From Candidatus Bathyarchaeota archaeon (GTDB lineage Archaea > Thermoproteota > Bathyarchaeia > Bathyarchaeales > Bathycorpusculaceae), in contig CAWGYA010000008.1 in NCBI GenBank assembly GCA_963826715.1, positions 512,001-576,000 on the forward strand: DNA of 64,000 nt, in the 5' to 3' direction. Below the pieces are notes generated by a model. That model was not told where the DNA came from. It saw nothing but the letters and a program-made list of their open reading frames with translations, and did not search any database. This document shows positions 9,946 through 20,488 of the stretch, one piece after another. The translations under genes were made by a program, and so were the position numbers. Position 1 is the stretch's first letter. Every line of letters begins with the position of its first letter.

Positions 9946-10632
9946 TTAAAACTCCCAAGCAGTAGTATTAGTTAGAATGTATGTAATTACTAAACGGTAT
10001 TGTGGGTTGTTGTATTCTTGCCAGTTCTGCATGTTAACCATCATACCGGTTTGTTTGTCAAAGTTGACTCCAACGTAATCATAGCGGTAGGTGCTATGTG
10101 TGGGATCGTTGGCATCGAAAAACTCACTATCGACCCAGAAAAAGTTTGTTGCCCTATCAGCGCTGGAGTAACTTTTGGAGTCTGTTGCGTTAACCCTTTG
10201 ACCGTCAAATCCTTCTGGGCGCAATAAGTCATTTACTGTGAGATCGGAGGGATAAATTGCCCAGAAGCCATTATCGTCACTTTTGTCGCCATTACCAATG
10301 TTGATTTTTTGGGTTTGGGTTAGGTCGGTTCCGTTTTTGAATTTCCATTCGGTCGCAAGGGTAATAGTTGTGTTCTGGATATCAACTACTCTGACTTTAT
10401 AGTATTCAGTGGCATTATACTCAGTGAAATAGTCAGGAGTCGTTACGTTTACACCCAAAACGGATATTCCTTGTATTGAATAAGTGAAGGTATCGCCTAC
10501 TTGCACGCCCACCTTTATGGGTTTAGGGATACTTGCGAAATAAACAGCTGCTGCTGAGGCTACAACAAGGATAACTATCAGTGAGATTGCAATGTAGAGA
10601 TTTTTGTGACTGGGTTTCTTCACGTAAGACAT
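9946..10632 (-). CDS. Membrane-anchored exported hypothetical (likely surface glyco)protein
   Basis: N-terminal TM helix, VGVQVGDTFTY start of a beta-rich domain, several N-x-T sequons. Confidence 0.7.
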   Translation of the reverse strand: MSYVKKPSHKNLYIAISLIVILVVASAAAVYFASIPKPIKVGVQVGDTFTYSIQGISVLGVNVTTPDYFTEYNATEYYKVRVVDIQNTTITLATEWKFKNGTDLTQTQKINIGNGDKSDDNGFWAIYPSDLTVNDLLRPEGFDGQRVNATDSKSYSSADRATNFFWVDSEFFDANDPTHSTYRYDYVGVNFDKQTGMMVNMQNWQEYNNPQYRLVITYILTNTTAWEF

Positions 10633-10804
10633 AGCTTAATCATTGAAGGTTTCAACTATTTAGTTGTTTTCCCAAAAGCATAATCCAATCGATATCCATG
10701 ATAAAACCAAAAGTAAAGCGCATGTATTTCATCTATTAATGTAAAAGGTATAGTAATCTGATCCGACAAAGCAAAAATTATTTGGCGCCGCTGAAAAGGA
10801 CATT

Positions 10805-10915
10805 TCAGTCTTCTATATTCAGCAGAAACTCAACAATCTTTGCCAATTGCGCGGCTGTGACGCGATCGAGATTTTGTTCCTCGTCAATGTTTACGATTGA
10901 GTTTTCGCTTTGCAT
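10805..10915 (-). CDS. Possible 36-aa acidic micro-protein
   Basis: MQSENSIVNIDEEQNLDRVTAAQLAKIVEFLLNIED in an otherwise empty ~500-bp gap; amphipathic C-terminal helix. Confidence 0.35.
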   Translation of the reverse strand: MQSENSIVNIDEEQNLDRVTAAQLAKIVEFLLNIED

Positions 10916-11151
10916 AAACTACGGGTATACTCGTTCGTGTAATAACAGTATCTACGGCTTTTACTTCGAAGTTCGAAGTTGTGAATGTTTGCAGGGCAAG
11001 CATTTTAACAGTTTCATGTAATTTAAAGGCTTCATGATAGCTGCAACCCATGGAAAAATTTAATTAAAAACATTAATTCACTTATTTATCCATTAAAAAA
11101 TAAATCTGCAGTCAACAAGAGTTATATCCCAAAACACCCTAATAGAAAACT

Positions 11152-11427
11152 ATGTCAGCCAAAGTTCATTGTTGCCACATACTCGTCAATACAGAAACTG
11201 AAGCAAAAAACGTCAAAGCCCGCCTAGACAAAGGCGAAAAATTCGCAGCTATAGCCGCACAAGTTTCTCTTTGCTCATCAGGGAAAAAAGGCGGAGATCT
11301 CGGCAAATTCGGACGCGGCCAAATGGTTAAGGAATTCGAGAAAACTGCCTTCGAACTCAATAAGGGCCAAATTTCGGAGCCAATCAAAACGAAGTTCGGA
11401 TATCACATCATCAAGAGACTCGAGTAA
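11152..11427 (+). CDS. ppiC: Parvulin-type PPIase
   Basis: HILV, GGDLG.FGRGQMVKEFE and TKFGYHII motifs. Confidence 0.93.
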   Translation: MSAKVHCCHILVNTETEAKNVKARLDKGEKFAAIAAQVSLCSSGKKGGDLGKFGRGQMVKEFEKTAFELNKGQISEPIKTKFGYHIIKRLE

Positions 11428-11497
11428 ACCCAGAAGAGGCTGTCGCTGAACCACTTTTTACTTAGCCTTCTTTGACTCCAAAACAGCAGGTACCTTA

Positions 11498-12238
11498 ATG
11501 AAGAATAACAAATCAAAGATATCACAGAAAACAAGGATTCATTTTGCCGTTTGTGTAGCGCTTCTTGCAGGTTTTCTGTGCATCACCATCTTTAGACTAA
11601 ACCTTAACGCCGCCGACTCTGCAGTTAACCTTTGGATACCAACTATCCAATCAACGGTCTTAACTTTTCTTGCTGAAGCCATTGCGCAGGTCTTTGACAC
11701 TACAAGCTTAGTCCTCATTTCACTTGTAATTTCAGGCATCTTCTTTCTGAAAAACCGCAAACCCCATGGCTTGCTTCTTCTGGGCGCAATAGGCGGAGAC
11801 GCACTCATCGTTGAAACCATTAAGATACTTGACCACATTACAAGACCAACAAATGGCATCCTGATAGAAACAGGGTTTTCTTATCCTAGTGGACACAGCG
11901 CAGATGTTATCGTTTTTGGGGGTGTGCTAGCTTATTTTGCGTGGCGACATTGGCATTGGCAAAGTAAACGTGTGAGAACAGCGGTCGGTATCGGTTTGGG
12001 TGCGTTGGTGAGTGTTGTGGGTTTTGATCGGCTTTACTTGAATGTTCATTGGCTGAGTGATGTTTTGGGTGGTTGGTTGTTTGGGGCGTTTTGGTTGTCG
12101 TTTGTTGTTTTGTTATTTGATCAACTTGAGGTGAGAGGGAAGTTTGGGTTTGAGAGATTTGATTTTGTTGCCGATTTACTTTTTGTGCTGGCGGTTGTAG
12201 TTTCGGTTTTGGTTGTTTTGTCAGGGTTTATTGGATAA
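11498..12238 (+). CDS. PAP2-family membrane phosphatase
   Basis: K-x6-RP, PSGH and [12 protein letters not shown] motifs with several TM helices. Confidence 0.9.
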   Translation: MKNNKSKISQKTRIHFAVCVALLAGFLCITIFRLNLNAADSAVNLWIPTIQSTVLTFLAEAIAQVFDTTSLVLISLVISGIFFLKNRKPHGLLLLGAIGGDALIVETIKILDHITRPTNGILIETGFSYPSGHSADVIVFGGVLAYFAWRHWHWQSKRVRTAVGIGLGALVSVVGFDRLYLNVHWLSDVLGGWLFGAFWLSFVVLLFDQLEVRGKFGFERFDFVADLLFVLAVVVSVLVVLSGFIG

Positions 12239-12339
12239 TTACTCATATTCGCCGTCTAAAGATATATCTTATACAGACACATTTAAATGCTACAAAAACA
12301 ACTTTAACAAAAACAGTCGCTAAGCGGGAGCAAGACCTT

Positions 12340-14760
12340 TTGAACCAAGAAAAAACTGAAAAAATCGTACTCAACATCGGCGGAATGAGCTGCATAAACT
12401 GCGCACGAGCTATTGAAAAAGCACTCAAAAAACAAAACGGGATAACCCAAGCAACCATCAACTTAGCCGCAGAAAAAGCCATTATTGACTACAATCCAGA
12501 CCTCATCAACCAGAAAACAATAGAGGACACTATAATCCAAGCTGGGTACCAAGTCATCCACGAAAAAATCGCCCTCCAAGTCGAGGGCATGACATGTATA
12601 AACTGTGCTAAAACCATCGAAAAAGTACTTCAGCCCCGAGAAGGCATCTATAACGCCACCGTCAACTTTGCTATGGAAAACGTTTTGGTTGAGTATAATC
12701 CTGAACAGATTAGTCTCCCCGCAATCAAAAAAGCCATCCGAGACGCAGGCTACCAAGTGGTTGAACCCCAACAGAAAACAACCGAGGACGCCGAAGGAAA
12801 AGCACGCCAACGCCACATCCGACACTTAAAACTACTCTTAACCACCAGCATCACGTTAACGGTGCCAATCATGCTCATGATGTATTTTTCGCCGCTCCCT
12901 ATGGCCCAGACCAACATTTTGATGTTTATTTTAGCCACACCCGTTCAATTCATCGTCGGCTGGACATTTTATGTCGGAGCTTATAAGGGCCTGCGAAACA
13001 AAACCGCCAACATGGATACCCTTATCGCAATGGGTACCTCGACAGCGTGGATTTACAGCACCGTCGTCACCTTCGCCCCAAGCATCTTCCCAAACGGAGC
13101 AGTTTTCTTCGACACGGCAGTCATGATAATGAGCTTCATCTTAGTGGGCAAACTCTTAGACGCCATCGCTAAAGGCAGAACCTCAGAGGCCATCCGAAAA
13201 ATTATGGGGCTTCAAGCCAAAACCGCCCGGGTCATCCGCGACGACACAGAAATCGAGCTACCCATAGAAGAGGTCCAAGTTGGTGACATTTTGGTTGTGC
13301 GACCAGGCGAGAAAATCCCCGTGGACGGTACCGTCGTCGAAGGTTATTCGGCGGTGGATGAGAAAGTCATCACGGGCGAGAGTATTCCAGCGGAGAAGCG
13401 CAAGGGCGACTTGGTTGTTGGCGCCACGATGAACAAGACCGGCATGCTCAAGTTCGAAGCAACGAAAGTTGGTAAAGACACAGTTCTTGCCCAAATCATC
13501 AACCTAGTCGAGGACGCATTAACTTCGAAGGCACCTGTTCAACGAATAGCTGACGTAGCAGCGGGCTACTTTGTGCCCGCAATAATCTTGACGGCGACGC
13601 TGTCGGCGTTTGTGTGGTATTTCCTTGTCGGCGAAACCTACATTTTCTCGCTCACCGTGTTTATCGCCGTTTTGATTGTTGCTTGCCCCTGTGCTTTGGG
13701 CTTGGCTACTCCGACAGCTATCATGGTCGGTGTCGGAAAAGGTGCAGAAAACGGCATCTTAATAAAAAGCGGGGAGGCGCTGGAAACGGCGCATAAGCTT
13801 CGAGCAATCGTATTCGACAAAACAGGCACCCTTACCAAAGGTGAACCTGAGGTTACAGACATTGTCACCGACAAATCATTCACTGAAATGCAGCTTTTGC
13901 AGTATTCCGCTGTGGCAGAGAAGAACTCTGAGCACCCATTAGGTGAGGCCATCGTTAAATTGGCAAAATTAAAAGGACAAAGCGTAGAGGACCCCGACGA
14001 TTTCATAGCAATACCTGGACAAGGCGTCGAAGTCCAGTACAAAGGGTTAAAAATTTTGCTGGGCAACCGAAAACTGATGGAAACCAACAGCGTCAACATA
14101 AGCCACCTGGAAGTACAAATGGTAACGTTTGAAGCAGAGGGCAAAACAGCAATGCTATTAGCAGCAAATGGCAAAGCCGCCGGGTTAATTGCGGTAGCTG
14201 ACACATTAAAGGAACATTCAGCCGATGCTGTACATGCTCTTAAAGAAATGGGGCTTGAAGTCATTATGTTAACTGGCGATAACAAGCGCACCGCTCAAGC
14301 CATCGCCTCTCAGGTCGGCGTGGATCGCGTACTCTCAGAGGTTTTGCCCAGCGAGAAAGCCACCGAAATCAAGCGGCTACAAAGCGAGGGAAAGGTAGTT
14401 GCAATGGTGGGTGACGGCATAAATGACGCACCAGCATTGGCACAGGCAAACATCGGCATAGCAGTAGGCACAGGAACCGATATAGCGGTGGAGACAGGTG
14501 ACATAGTGTTAATCAAAAACGACCTACGCGACGTGGTAGTTGCCATCCAACTCAGCAGAGCTACCATGCGCAAAATACGGCAGAACCTGTTCTGGGCGTT
14601 CTTCTACAACATACTTCTCGTTCCGCTTGCAGCAGGGGCATTCTATCCAATCATACATGTACTCTTTAACCCCGTCTACGCGTCGATTGCTATGGCAAGC
14701 AGTTCCGTCACCGTAGTCAGCAATGCATCACTTCTTCGCAGGTTCAAACCAAAACTCTAA
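12340..14760 (+). CDS. copA: Cu(I)-translocating P1B-type ATPase
   Basis: Two HMA domains (GMSCINC, GMTCINC), [22 protein letters not shown] and MASSS motifs. Confidence 0.95.
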   Translation: MNQEKTEKIVLNIGGMSCINCARAIEKALKKQNGITQATINLAAEKAIIDYNPDLINQKTIEDTIIQAGYQVIHEKIALQVEGMTCINCAKTIEKVLQPREGIYNATVNFAMENVLVEYNPEQISLPAIKKAIRDAGYQVVEPQQKTTEDAEGKARQRHIRHLKLLLTTSITLTVPIMLMMYFSPLPMAQTNILMFILATPVQFIVGWTFYVGAYKGLRNKTANMDTLIAMGTSTAWIYSTVVTFAPSIFPNGAVFFDTAVMIMSFILVGKLLDAIAKGRTSEAIRKIMGLQAKTARVIRDDTEIELPIEEVQVGDILVVRPGEKIPVDGTVVEGYSAVDEKVITGESIPAEKRKGDLVVGATMNKTGMLKFEATKVGKDTVLAQIINLVEDALTSKAPVQRIADVAAGYFVPAIILTATLSAFVWYFLVGETYIFSLTVFIAVLIVACPCALGLATPTAIMVGVGKGAENGILIKSGEALETAHKLRAIVFDKTGTLTKGEPEVTDIVTDKSFTEMQLLQYSAVAEKNSEHPLGEAIVKLAKLKGQSVEDPDDFIAIPGQGVEVQYKGLKILLGNRKLMETNSVNISHLEVQMVTFEAEGKTAMLLAANGKAAGLIAVADTLKEHSADAVHALKEMGLEVIMLTGDNKRTAQAIASQVGVDRVLSEVLPSEKATEIKRLQSEGKVVAMVGDGINDAPALAQANIGIAVGTGTDIAVETGDIVLIKNDLRDVVVAIQLSRATMRKIRQNLFWAFFYNILLVPLAAGAFYPIIHVLFNPVYASIAMASSSVTVVSNASLLRRFKPKL

Positions 14761-14797
14761 GTAACCCAAAACGAAATGGTTTGGAGGTGAATTACGT

Positions 14798-15040
14798 ATG
14801 GCAAAAGACTTAGTATGTAACATGGATGTTGACGAGAAAACCGCGAAGTGGAAGGCAGTCTACAAGGGCAAAACTTACTACTTCTGCGCTCCAGGATGCA
14901 AAAAAGCCTTCGAAAATGAACCTGAACTTTATCTGAAGGCTGAAGTTTCAGCGGACCAGCACCACATGCACCATCATCACCATGAAGGCGAAGACACGGG
15001 TAGCTGTGATAGCTGTGGCTGCGGATGTGGAAACCACTAA
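14798..15040 (+). CDS. YHS/TRASH-domain metal-binding protein with His/Cys-rich tail
   Basis: DLVCNM...YYFCAPGCKKAF then HHMHHHHH...CDSCGCGCGNH; GGAGGTGA SD. Confidence 0.88.
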   Translation: MAKDLVCNMDVDEKTAKWKAVYKGKTYYFCAPGCKKAFENEPELYLKAEVSADQHHMHHHHHEGEDTGSCDSCGCGCGNH

Positions 15041-15249
15041 AACAAAAACCTCTTTCTTTCCTTTTTTGTAAATCTAACTTTTTTTGTTTTTAATCGTCTC
15101 AAAGATGAAGTTGAAGATGATTTTATCTGAATCAATTCAATCATCCAATTAGCATTTAAATTCCGGGTAACGACGGCATCTTTATTATTTTGGTTAATTA
15201 GGAAGGTCTGGCTTAGTTACGATGGGAGTTCTATAGGTCCGGAGCGAAA

Positions 15250-15912
15250 TTATTTAAGCGTACCCAGAAGCACATGCTCGGCAAAGAGGTCCTCGCTAAA
15301 CGCACCCACAAACTCTGTTTTTTCGTTTATTATTACTTTGGGTACGCCGATAACGTTATATTTCACAGATAGGTCGGGGAATTCGCTACTTTCAATCACA
15401 TCGGCTCGAATAAGGTCGGATTCGACAGCGAGTTTATGGGCGACTGAAGCTGCGACGGGACAGTGTGGACATGTGAGGGTGACAAAGACTTTGATTTGCA
15501 CGGGCAGCATTATGTCTTTTAAGACGACTTTGGTTTTCTCAGATAGATCTGTAGTACCTTTGGAAACATTAAAGATAGCTTCGATTAGTGTCTGAAGCTC
15601 ATAGCCAAATGGAATGCCATAGATACGCACACCATAGTCCTTTTTTCCAATTATGGCTAACGCAGGGATCTTTTCGATGCCGTATTCTTTGGCTTTTTCG
15701 GAGTCTCTTACGAAATCATAAATTTCCACGGATAATTTTTCACTCAGACCTGCGATTTCCATTGCAAGTTTACGAGTGTCGTTACAAAAACGGCATTCCA
15801 CCTTCTGAGTAAACATGACAAGCGTAACTGGATCTATTAGTTTATCTTGAAAGTCTTTTTTCAAGAATTCTTTTTTTTCGTCAGGAAGTAAACTCAAAAT
15901 TTTGTCCTCCAC
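15250..15912 (-). CDS. Protein disulfide oxidoreductase (PDO, two thioredoxin folds)
   Basis: CRFC and CPHC active sites; GIPFGYE and GVPK motifs. Confidence 0.9.
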   Translation of the reverse strand: MEDKILSLLPDEKKEFLKKDFQDKLIDPVTLVMFTQKVECRFCNDTRKLAMEIAGLSEKLSVEIYDFVRDSEKAKEYGIEKIPALAIIGKKDYGVRIYGIPFGYELQTLIEAIFNVSKGTTDLSEKTKVVLKDIMLPVQIKVFVTLTCPHCPVAASVAHKLAVESDLIRADVIESSEFPDLSVKYNVIGVPKVIINEKTEFVGAFSEDLFAEHVLLGTLK

Positions 15913-16052
15913 AACCCTTGCCTTTCAGCTATAAGAAATACTTTAGCGTTTGTTGCATATAACTTTAGAGCGCATTTGAAACGAAAGTGATATAAACGGT
16001 AGCGAATGAATTTTTCTAGTTAATTATTTAGTGTTTTGGAGAGACAAATAGA

Positions 16053-17240
16053 ATGGTTAAAGTCACTTTAAAAAATGGTGTAAGTTGGGTGGGCGTTGTT
16101 GACTGGGATATGCGTGACTTCCATGGTTATGTCACTAACCGGGGAAGCACCTACAATGCTTACCTTATTCAGGACGAGAAAATAGCTTTAATTGACACAG
16201 TAAAACACAGCTTCTCGGATGAACTCGCCCGAAAAATCAAGGAACACGTTCCCCTTGAGAAAATCGACTACATTATTATCAACCATGTGGAGATGGACCA
16301 CTCCAGCAGTCTTCCGATGATAGCTAAATTAGCGCCGAATGCGAAAATTCTATCTTCCCAACGGGGCAAAGAGGAACTAATCGAACACTATGGTCCTGAA
16401 TTTAACCATGTTGAAACGGTTAAATCTGGCGACGAACTCAAACTGGGCAAAAAGACACTACGCTTTATGGAGGCACCGATGTTGCATTGGCCTGACAGCA
16501 TGTTCACATACATAGTTGAAGACAAAATTTTGATGCCTAACGACGCTTTCGGTCAGCATTTGGGGACGTCTGAGCGCTTTGATGACGAAGTTGATGAACA
16601 TGTGCTGATGGAAGAAGCAACAATGTATTATGCCAACATCCTTATGCCGTTGGCACCGCTTATCACCCGCAAAATCCAAGAAGTTGTCGCAATGAAAATT
16701 CCTATAGACATTATCGCACCCAGCCACGGCGTTATCTGGCGCAAAGACCCTATGAAAATCATCAACGCATATCTGGAGTGGAGTAGCGGTGCATCAAAAA
16801 ACAAAATTGTTATAGTTTTCGACACCATGTGGAACAGCACTGATAAGATGGCACGGGCTATAGCTGACGGCGCAGCAAGCGAAGGTGTAGATGTAAAACT
16901 CCTCAAGCTGCGTGCTTCACCTAATTCGGAAGCAGTCACCCAAATCCTGGACGCCAAAGCCGTCCTTGTTGGTTCACCAACGCTCAACAACGGCATATTC
17001 CCAACAGTTGGTGGATTCCTCACCTACGTTACAGGACTCAAACCCAAAGGCAAACTGTGGAGCTTTTTCGGCTCGCTTGGCTGGGGAGGCGGCGCAGTAA
17101 AAGGCATGACTAAGATGGCAAAAGAAGCAGGTTTTACAGTAGCTGAACCAGGCGTAGAAGTTAAGTTTGTTCCAAACGAGGATTCGCTCAAGAAATGCTT
17201 TGAGTTTGGGCAACAAATCGCCCAGAAAATCAAAGCCTAA
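16053..17240 (+). CDS. fprA: Flavodiiron protein (O2/NO reductase)
   Basis: HVEMDH, HWPD, DAFG and PSHG motifs plus a flavodoxin domain. Confidence 0.93.
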   Translation: MVKVTLKNGVSWVGVVDWDMRDFHGYVTNRGSTYNAYLIQDEKIALIDTVKHSFSDELARKIKEHVPLEKIDYIIINHVEMDHSSSLPMIAKLAPNAKILSSQRGKEELIEHYGPEFNHVETVKSGDELKLGKKTLRFMEAPMLHWPDSMFTYIVEDKILMPNDAFGQHLGTSERFDDEVDEHVLMEEATMYYANILMPLAPLITRKIQEVVAMKIPIDIIAPSHGVIWRKDPMKIINAYLEWSSGASKNKIVIVFDTMWNSTDKMARAIADGAASEGVDVKLLKLRASPNSEAVTQILDAKAVLVGSPTLNNGIFPTVGGFLTYVTGLKPKGKLWSFFGSLGWGGGAVKGMTKMAKEAGFTVAEPGVEVKFVPNEDSLKKCFEFGQQIAQKIKA

Positions 17241-17284
17241 TTCAGCCCTTATTTTAAAAAAAGAAAAAAATAGGCATTAGCTGC

Positions 17285-17788
17285 CTATGTTATCTTCATG
17301 AATTTCTCTTTTTTTGTTGCACAGATGGGACAAGAGTCAGGTATTTTGCCTTCAAAAGTGTTTCCGCAAACTGGACATACGTAAAGATCGGCTAAAGAAA
17401 GGTCCTTTTTAGCTTTAACGGCATCAATTGCTTTTTGATATAGCCCCGCGTGTATTTGCTCGACTTTGTTGGCATAGTCAAAGCTAAGAACTGCGGCTTT
17501 GTTGCCTTCGGCCTTGGCTTCTTCGATAAATTTGGGGTACATCTGCTTGAACTCATAAGTTTCGCCAGAAACTGCAGTGCTGAGGTTGTCAACTGTGCTT
17601 TTGACTTGCCCGAGCACCCGAAGATGGTTATGAGCGTGGACGGTTTCAGCTTCCGCTGCAGCTTTGAATAGTTTTGCAATTTGGGGGAACCCTTCTTGTT
17701 CGGCTGCTTTGGCAAAAGCGAGATAAAGGCGGTTAGCTTGAGATTCGCCTGCAAAGGCAGCTTTTAGGTTTTCATCAGTTTTAGACAT
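17285..17788 (-). CDS. rbr: Rubrerythrin
   Basis: AFAGESQA, EAETVHA, GETYE and EQIH diiron ligands; C-terminal CPVCG...CPIC. Confidence 0.93.
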   Translation of the reverse strand: MSKTDENLKAAFAGESQANRLYLAFAKAAEQEGFPQIAKLFKAAAEAETVHAHNHLRVLGQVKSTVDNLSTAVSGETYEFKQMYPKFIEEAKAEGNKAAVLSFDYANKVEQIHAGLYQKAIDAVKAKKDLSLADLYVCPVCGNTFEGKIPDSCPICATKKEKFMKIT

Positions 17789-17941
17789 TTAAAATCACAA
17801 TAGATTGTTAAGCAAAGGCGAGTAATAAGCACTACCTCGTCAAAGCCGAAACAGAATACCAATTTAGTGGCTTGAGTCTTTAAAGCAAAGTATATTAAGC
17901 ATTTTCAGCTTTGAAAATAATTGATTTTTGGTGAAACTTTT

Positions 17942-18556
17942 ATGGAAAAAATAAAAATTTTTACTCTACCAAAACTACCCTACGACTACAACGCCCTATC
18001 CCCATACATATCTGAGGAACAACTAAAAATCCACCATGAAAAACACCACCAAGGCTACGTCAACGGCGCCAACAACATATTCAAGAAAATAGATGAAGCC
18101 AAAGAAGCCAAAACCATGCTCGACACAAAAGCCATCGCTAAAGAACTCAGCTTCAACATAGGCGGCCACATGCTCCATACAACCTTCTGGGAAAACATGG
18201 CGCCCGCAGGCAAAGGCGGCGGAGGAACACCAGGCGGAGCAATCGCAGACGTAATCGACAAGCAATTCGGCGGCTTTGACATGTTCAAAAAAACCTTCTC
18301 TACGGCGGCGATAGGCACGGAAGGCTCAGGTTGGGCGGCTCTGGCGGTTCACCAATGCGTAGACCGCGCGTTGGTTATGCAGATTGAAAAGCACAATGTT
18401 AACGTTTTCCCCGATTTCCAAATCGTGATGGCGCTGGATGTTTGGGAGCACGCTTACTACATTGACCATAAGAATGACCGCGCCAAATTCGTTGAGAACT
18501 TCTGGAACATCGTCAACTGGGACAGAGTGAACAAGAACCTTGCCCTAGTAAAATAA
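17942..18556 (+). CDS. sod: Fe/Mn superoxide dismutase
   Basis: HHEKHH, GGHMLH, GSGW and DVWEHAYY motifs. Confidence 0.95.
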   Translation: MEKIKIFTLPKLPYDYNALSPYISEEQLKIHHEKHHQGYVNGANNIFKKIDEAKEAKTMLDTKAIAKELSFNIGGHMLHTTFWENMAPAGKGGGGTPGGAIADVIDKQFGGFDMFKKTFSTAAIGTEGSGWAALAVHQCVDRALVMQIEKHNVNVFPDFQIVMALDVWEHAYYIDHKNDRAKFVENFWNIVNWDRVNKNLALVK

Positions 18557-18582
18557 ACCCTTTTTTTGGGTTCCACCATTTT

Positions 18583-19251
18583 TTAACTCGTCAACTGACC
18601 CGTCTCTAATTTTTTGAGCAACTCGCTCTGCCGCTTAGTGTACCGAGTCGTGATGCCCTTTTGGAGGAAGATGGATACGGCGGCTATGCTTTTGGCGGGG
18701 TCATTTCGCATGATGATGGAGTGAAGATGGAAAAGCTTGATGCCCACCGCGTCCTTGGAAATTTCCCCGCCCGCTAACTTCAGGGCGAGGGCGATGGAGT
18801 CGTTGATGGAGCCGCCTGCCGCCACAATTTTGACTTCATCAAATTTTGCGAAGCGTAGCAGACTGATGGTTAATAGCCGCTCCATGGTGGATGCGCGGCT
18901 GACGCTGATGGTTTGCTCGCCTGCATCACTCATTTTTTTGTCTTCCGCCTCAGCCAACGCAGCATAGTCCCCCGCTTGCTTCTGCGAGAGATGCACAGAA
19001 ACAGCGGCGGCTTTGCCTGCTGTGGGGAAGTCGAGGGCGGCTATGTCGATGTCGTCCACATATACCTTGGCGATTTCCGTTGCCATGTTAATCGCGCTGC
19101 AAGCCAGAAACATCGAGTCATTGATACCGACAACGTTCACTTCGCCCTCCGCCATGATGCCTGATATGATTCCCTCTACGACATCGGTTATTTTTGCATT
19201 GGCATCAGAGGACTGGATGATTATGGTTTTAGCTTTTGATTCTTGACTCAT
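18583..19251 (-). CDS. Hypothetical protein with two tandem Alba-like domains
   Basis: Internal repeat TIII/TISV...EVNVVG/EVKIVAAG...AAVSVHLSQK/AAVSIFLQK matching the Alba/SpoVS topology. Confidence 0.6.
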   Translation of the reverse strand: MSQESKAKTIIIQSSDANAKITDVVEGIISGIMAEGEVNVVGINDSMFLACSAINMATEIAKVYVDDIDIAALDFPTAGKAAAVSVHLSQKQAGDYAALAEAEDKKMSDAGEQTISVSRASTMERLLTISLLRFAKFDEVKIVAAGGSINDSIALALKLAGGEISKDAVGIKLFHLHSIIMRNDPAKSIAAVSIFLQKGITTRYTKRQSELLKKLETGQLTS

Positions 19252-19309
19252 AGGCGGTGCCTAGCAGTTAATCAAGCGCCTGCAAAATATAACACTTACC
19301 ACAATCGGG

Positions 19310-19621
19310 CTACGGCGTGATTTTTATGGCTGCCGTAGGGCATTGCAGTTGGCAGGCGAGGCACTCGATGCAGGTGCTCTCGCGGGCTGGGTCGGCTTTG
19401 CGGTTGGAAAGCGGATGACCGGGCGTGTCCACCATGTCATAGAGCGAAACGGGGCAGACATCGGCGCAGACGCCGTCGCCCACGCAGACATCCCAGTCCA
19501 CTGCCGTGTGGCTTCCATGGATACCCAGCTTGGTCGGGGGCTCGACGGGTCCCCAAACTTTGTGTCCACTGTGTTCACTTACAACTTTGCGTTTAGTTTG
19601 AAAATCAGGGTCAATAGGCAA
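19310..19621 (-). CDS. zfx: Zinc-containing 7Fe ferredoxin (Sulfolobus Zfx type)
   Basis: PIDPDF...EHSGHKVWGPVEPP.KLGIHG extension; CVGDGVC..CP and CIECLAC..CP; KADP; TTG start after a GGTGA SD. Confidence 0.88.
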   Translation of the reverse strand: MPIDPDFQTKRKVVSEHSGHKVWGPVEPPTKLGIHGSHTAVDWDVCVGDGVCADVCPVSLYDMVDTPGHPLSNRKADPARESTCIECLACQLQCPTAAIKITP

Positions 19622-19711
19622 AAACAATCACCACTTAAACTTCGCAGAAGCAGACATATTAGTGTTTCCGCAAAGGATTTCGGCGAGAGAGCATTTTATA
19701 CTCTGAAGGCT

Positions 19712-20488
19712 ATGGCTCAATATTCCTTGCCCAAAGGCATGCGGTACGCCACACTAGAGGAACGTAGAGAATTCTACTTTGAAGAATTCAGCACAGAAAA
19801 AGTTGCGGAATGGTTCGGGTACAGTACAGATAAAATACGATTCGCCGTCATCGTAGGAAGTCACACCAAAATTTTCCCCGAAAAATACCGCAAAGACGCA
19901 TCAACTACGATTATAATCGACGATTACCGTAACTTGGCCGATGTGCAAACACAGGTTTTGGATTTTTTACCTGAAGCCGTATATTACGACCGCAACATCT
20001 ACAACAATCAAAACGTAGCAGTGGGGCAGGAACTGGCGTTTGATCTTGACCCCGAAAATATCACATGCCCCATCCACGGCGCGCTAGAAGATAAGATGAA
20101 GAGGCAACAAGGAATAAGCTTCTGTGAGATTGAGTTGAATATGGTGAAGCAGGAAGCCATTGCCCTTCACGGGTATCTTGAGAGGCGCTTCAAGAAACTG
20201 AAGGTGGTTTATTCAGGCAGGGGCTTCCATCTACATGTTCTCGACACAAAAGCTTACTGCTTAAGCGTTGAGGAGCGGCTAGCAATAGCAAAAGAGATCA
20301 AAGGGGCAGGATTCCACATCGACGAATGGGTGACCTCAGGCGAGTACCATCTAATCCGCCTCCCATACAGCCTCAATGGATTGGTTTCGCGTATAGCATT
20401 TCCCCTAAGAAAAGAAGAACTGAAAAGCTTTGATGCCCTCAAAGATAAGCGCTGTTTGCCCAAATTCTTGGCGCGGGCGACTTTTTGA
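19712..20488 (+). CDS. Stand-alone archaeo-eukaryotic primase (PriS-like) catalytic protein
   Basis: ELAFDLD, YSGRGFHLH and IDEWVT...LIRLPYSLNG motifs plus a CPIH..C knuckle; the upstream part of ORF 19343 is antisense overlap with the ferredoxin. Confidence 0.82.
   Translation: MAQYSLPKGMRYATLEERREFYFEEFSTEKVAEWFGYSTDKIRFAVIVGSHTKIFPEKYRKDASTTIIIDDYRNLADVQTQVLDFLPEAVYYDRNIYNNQNVAVGQELAFDLDPENITCPIHGALEDKMKRQQGISFCEIELNMVKQEAIALHGYLERRFKKLKVVYSGRGFHLHVLDTKAYCLSVEERLAIAKEIKGAGFHIDEWVTSGEYHLIRLPYSLNGLVSRIAFPLRKEELKSFDALKDKRCLPKFLARATF

Noticed and set aside
19343-19711. 123-aa N-terminal extension of the primase-like ORF
   Set aside because: It is the antisense shadow of the GC-rich ferredoxin gene; a TATA-like TTTTATA precedes the ATG at 19712.
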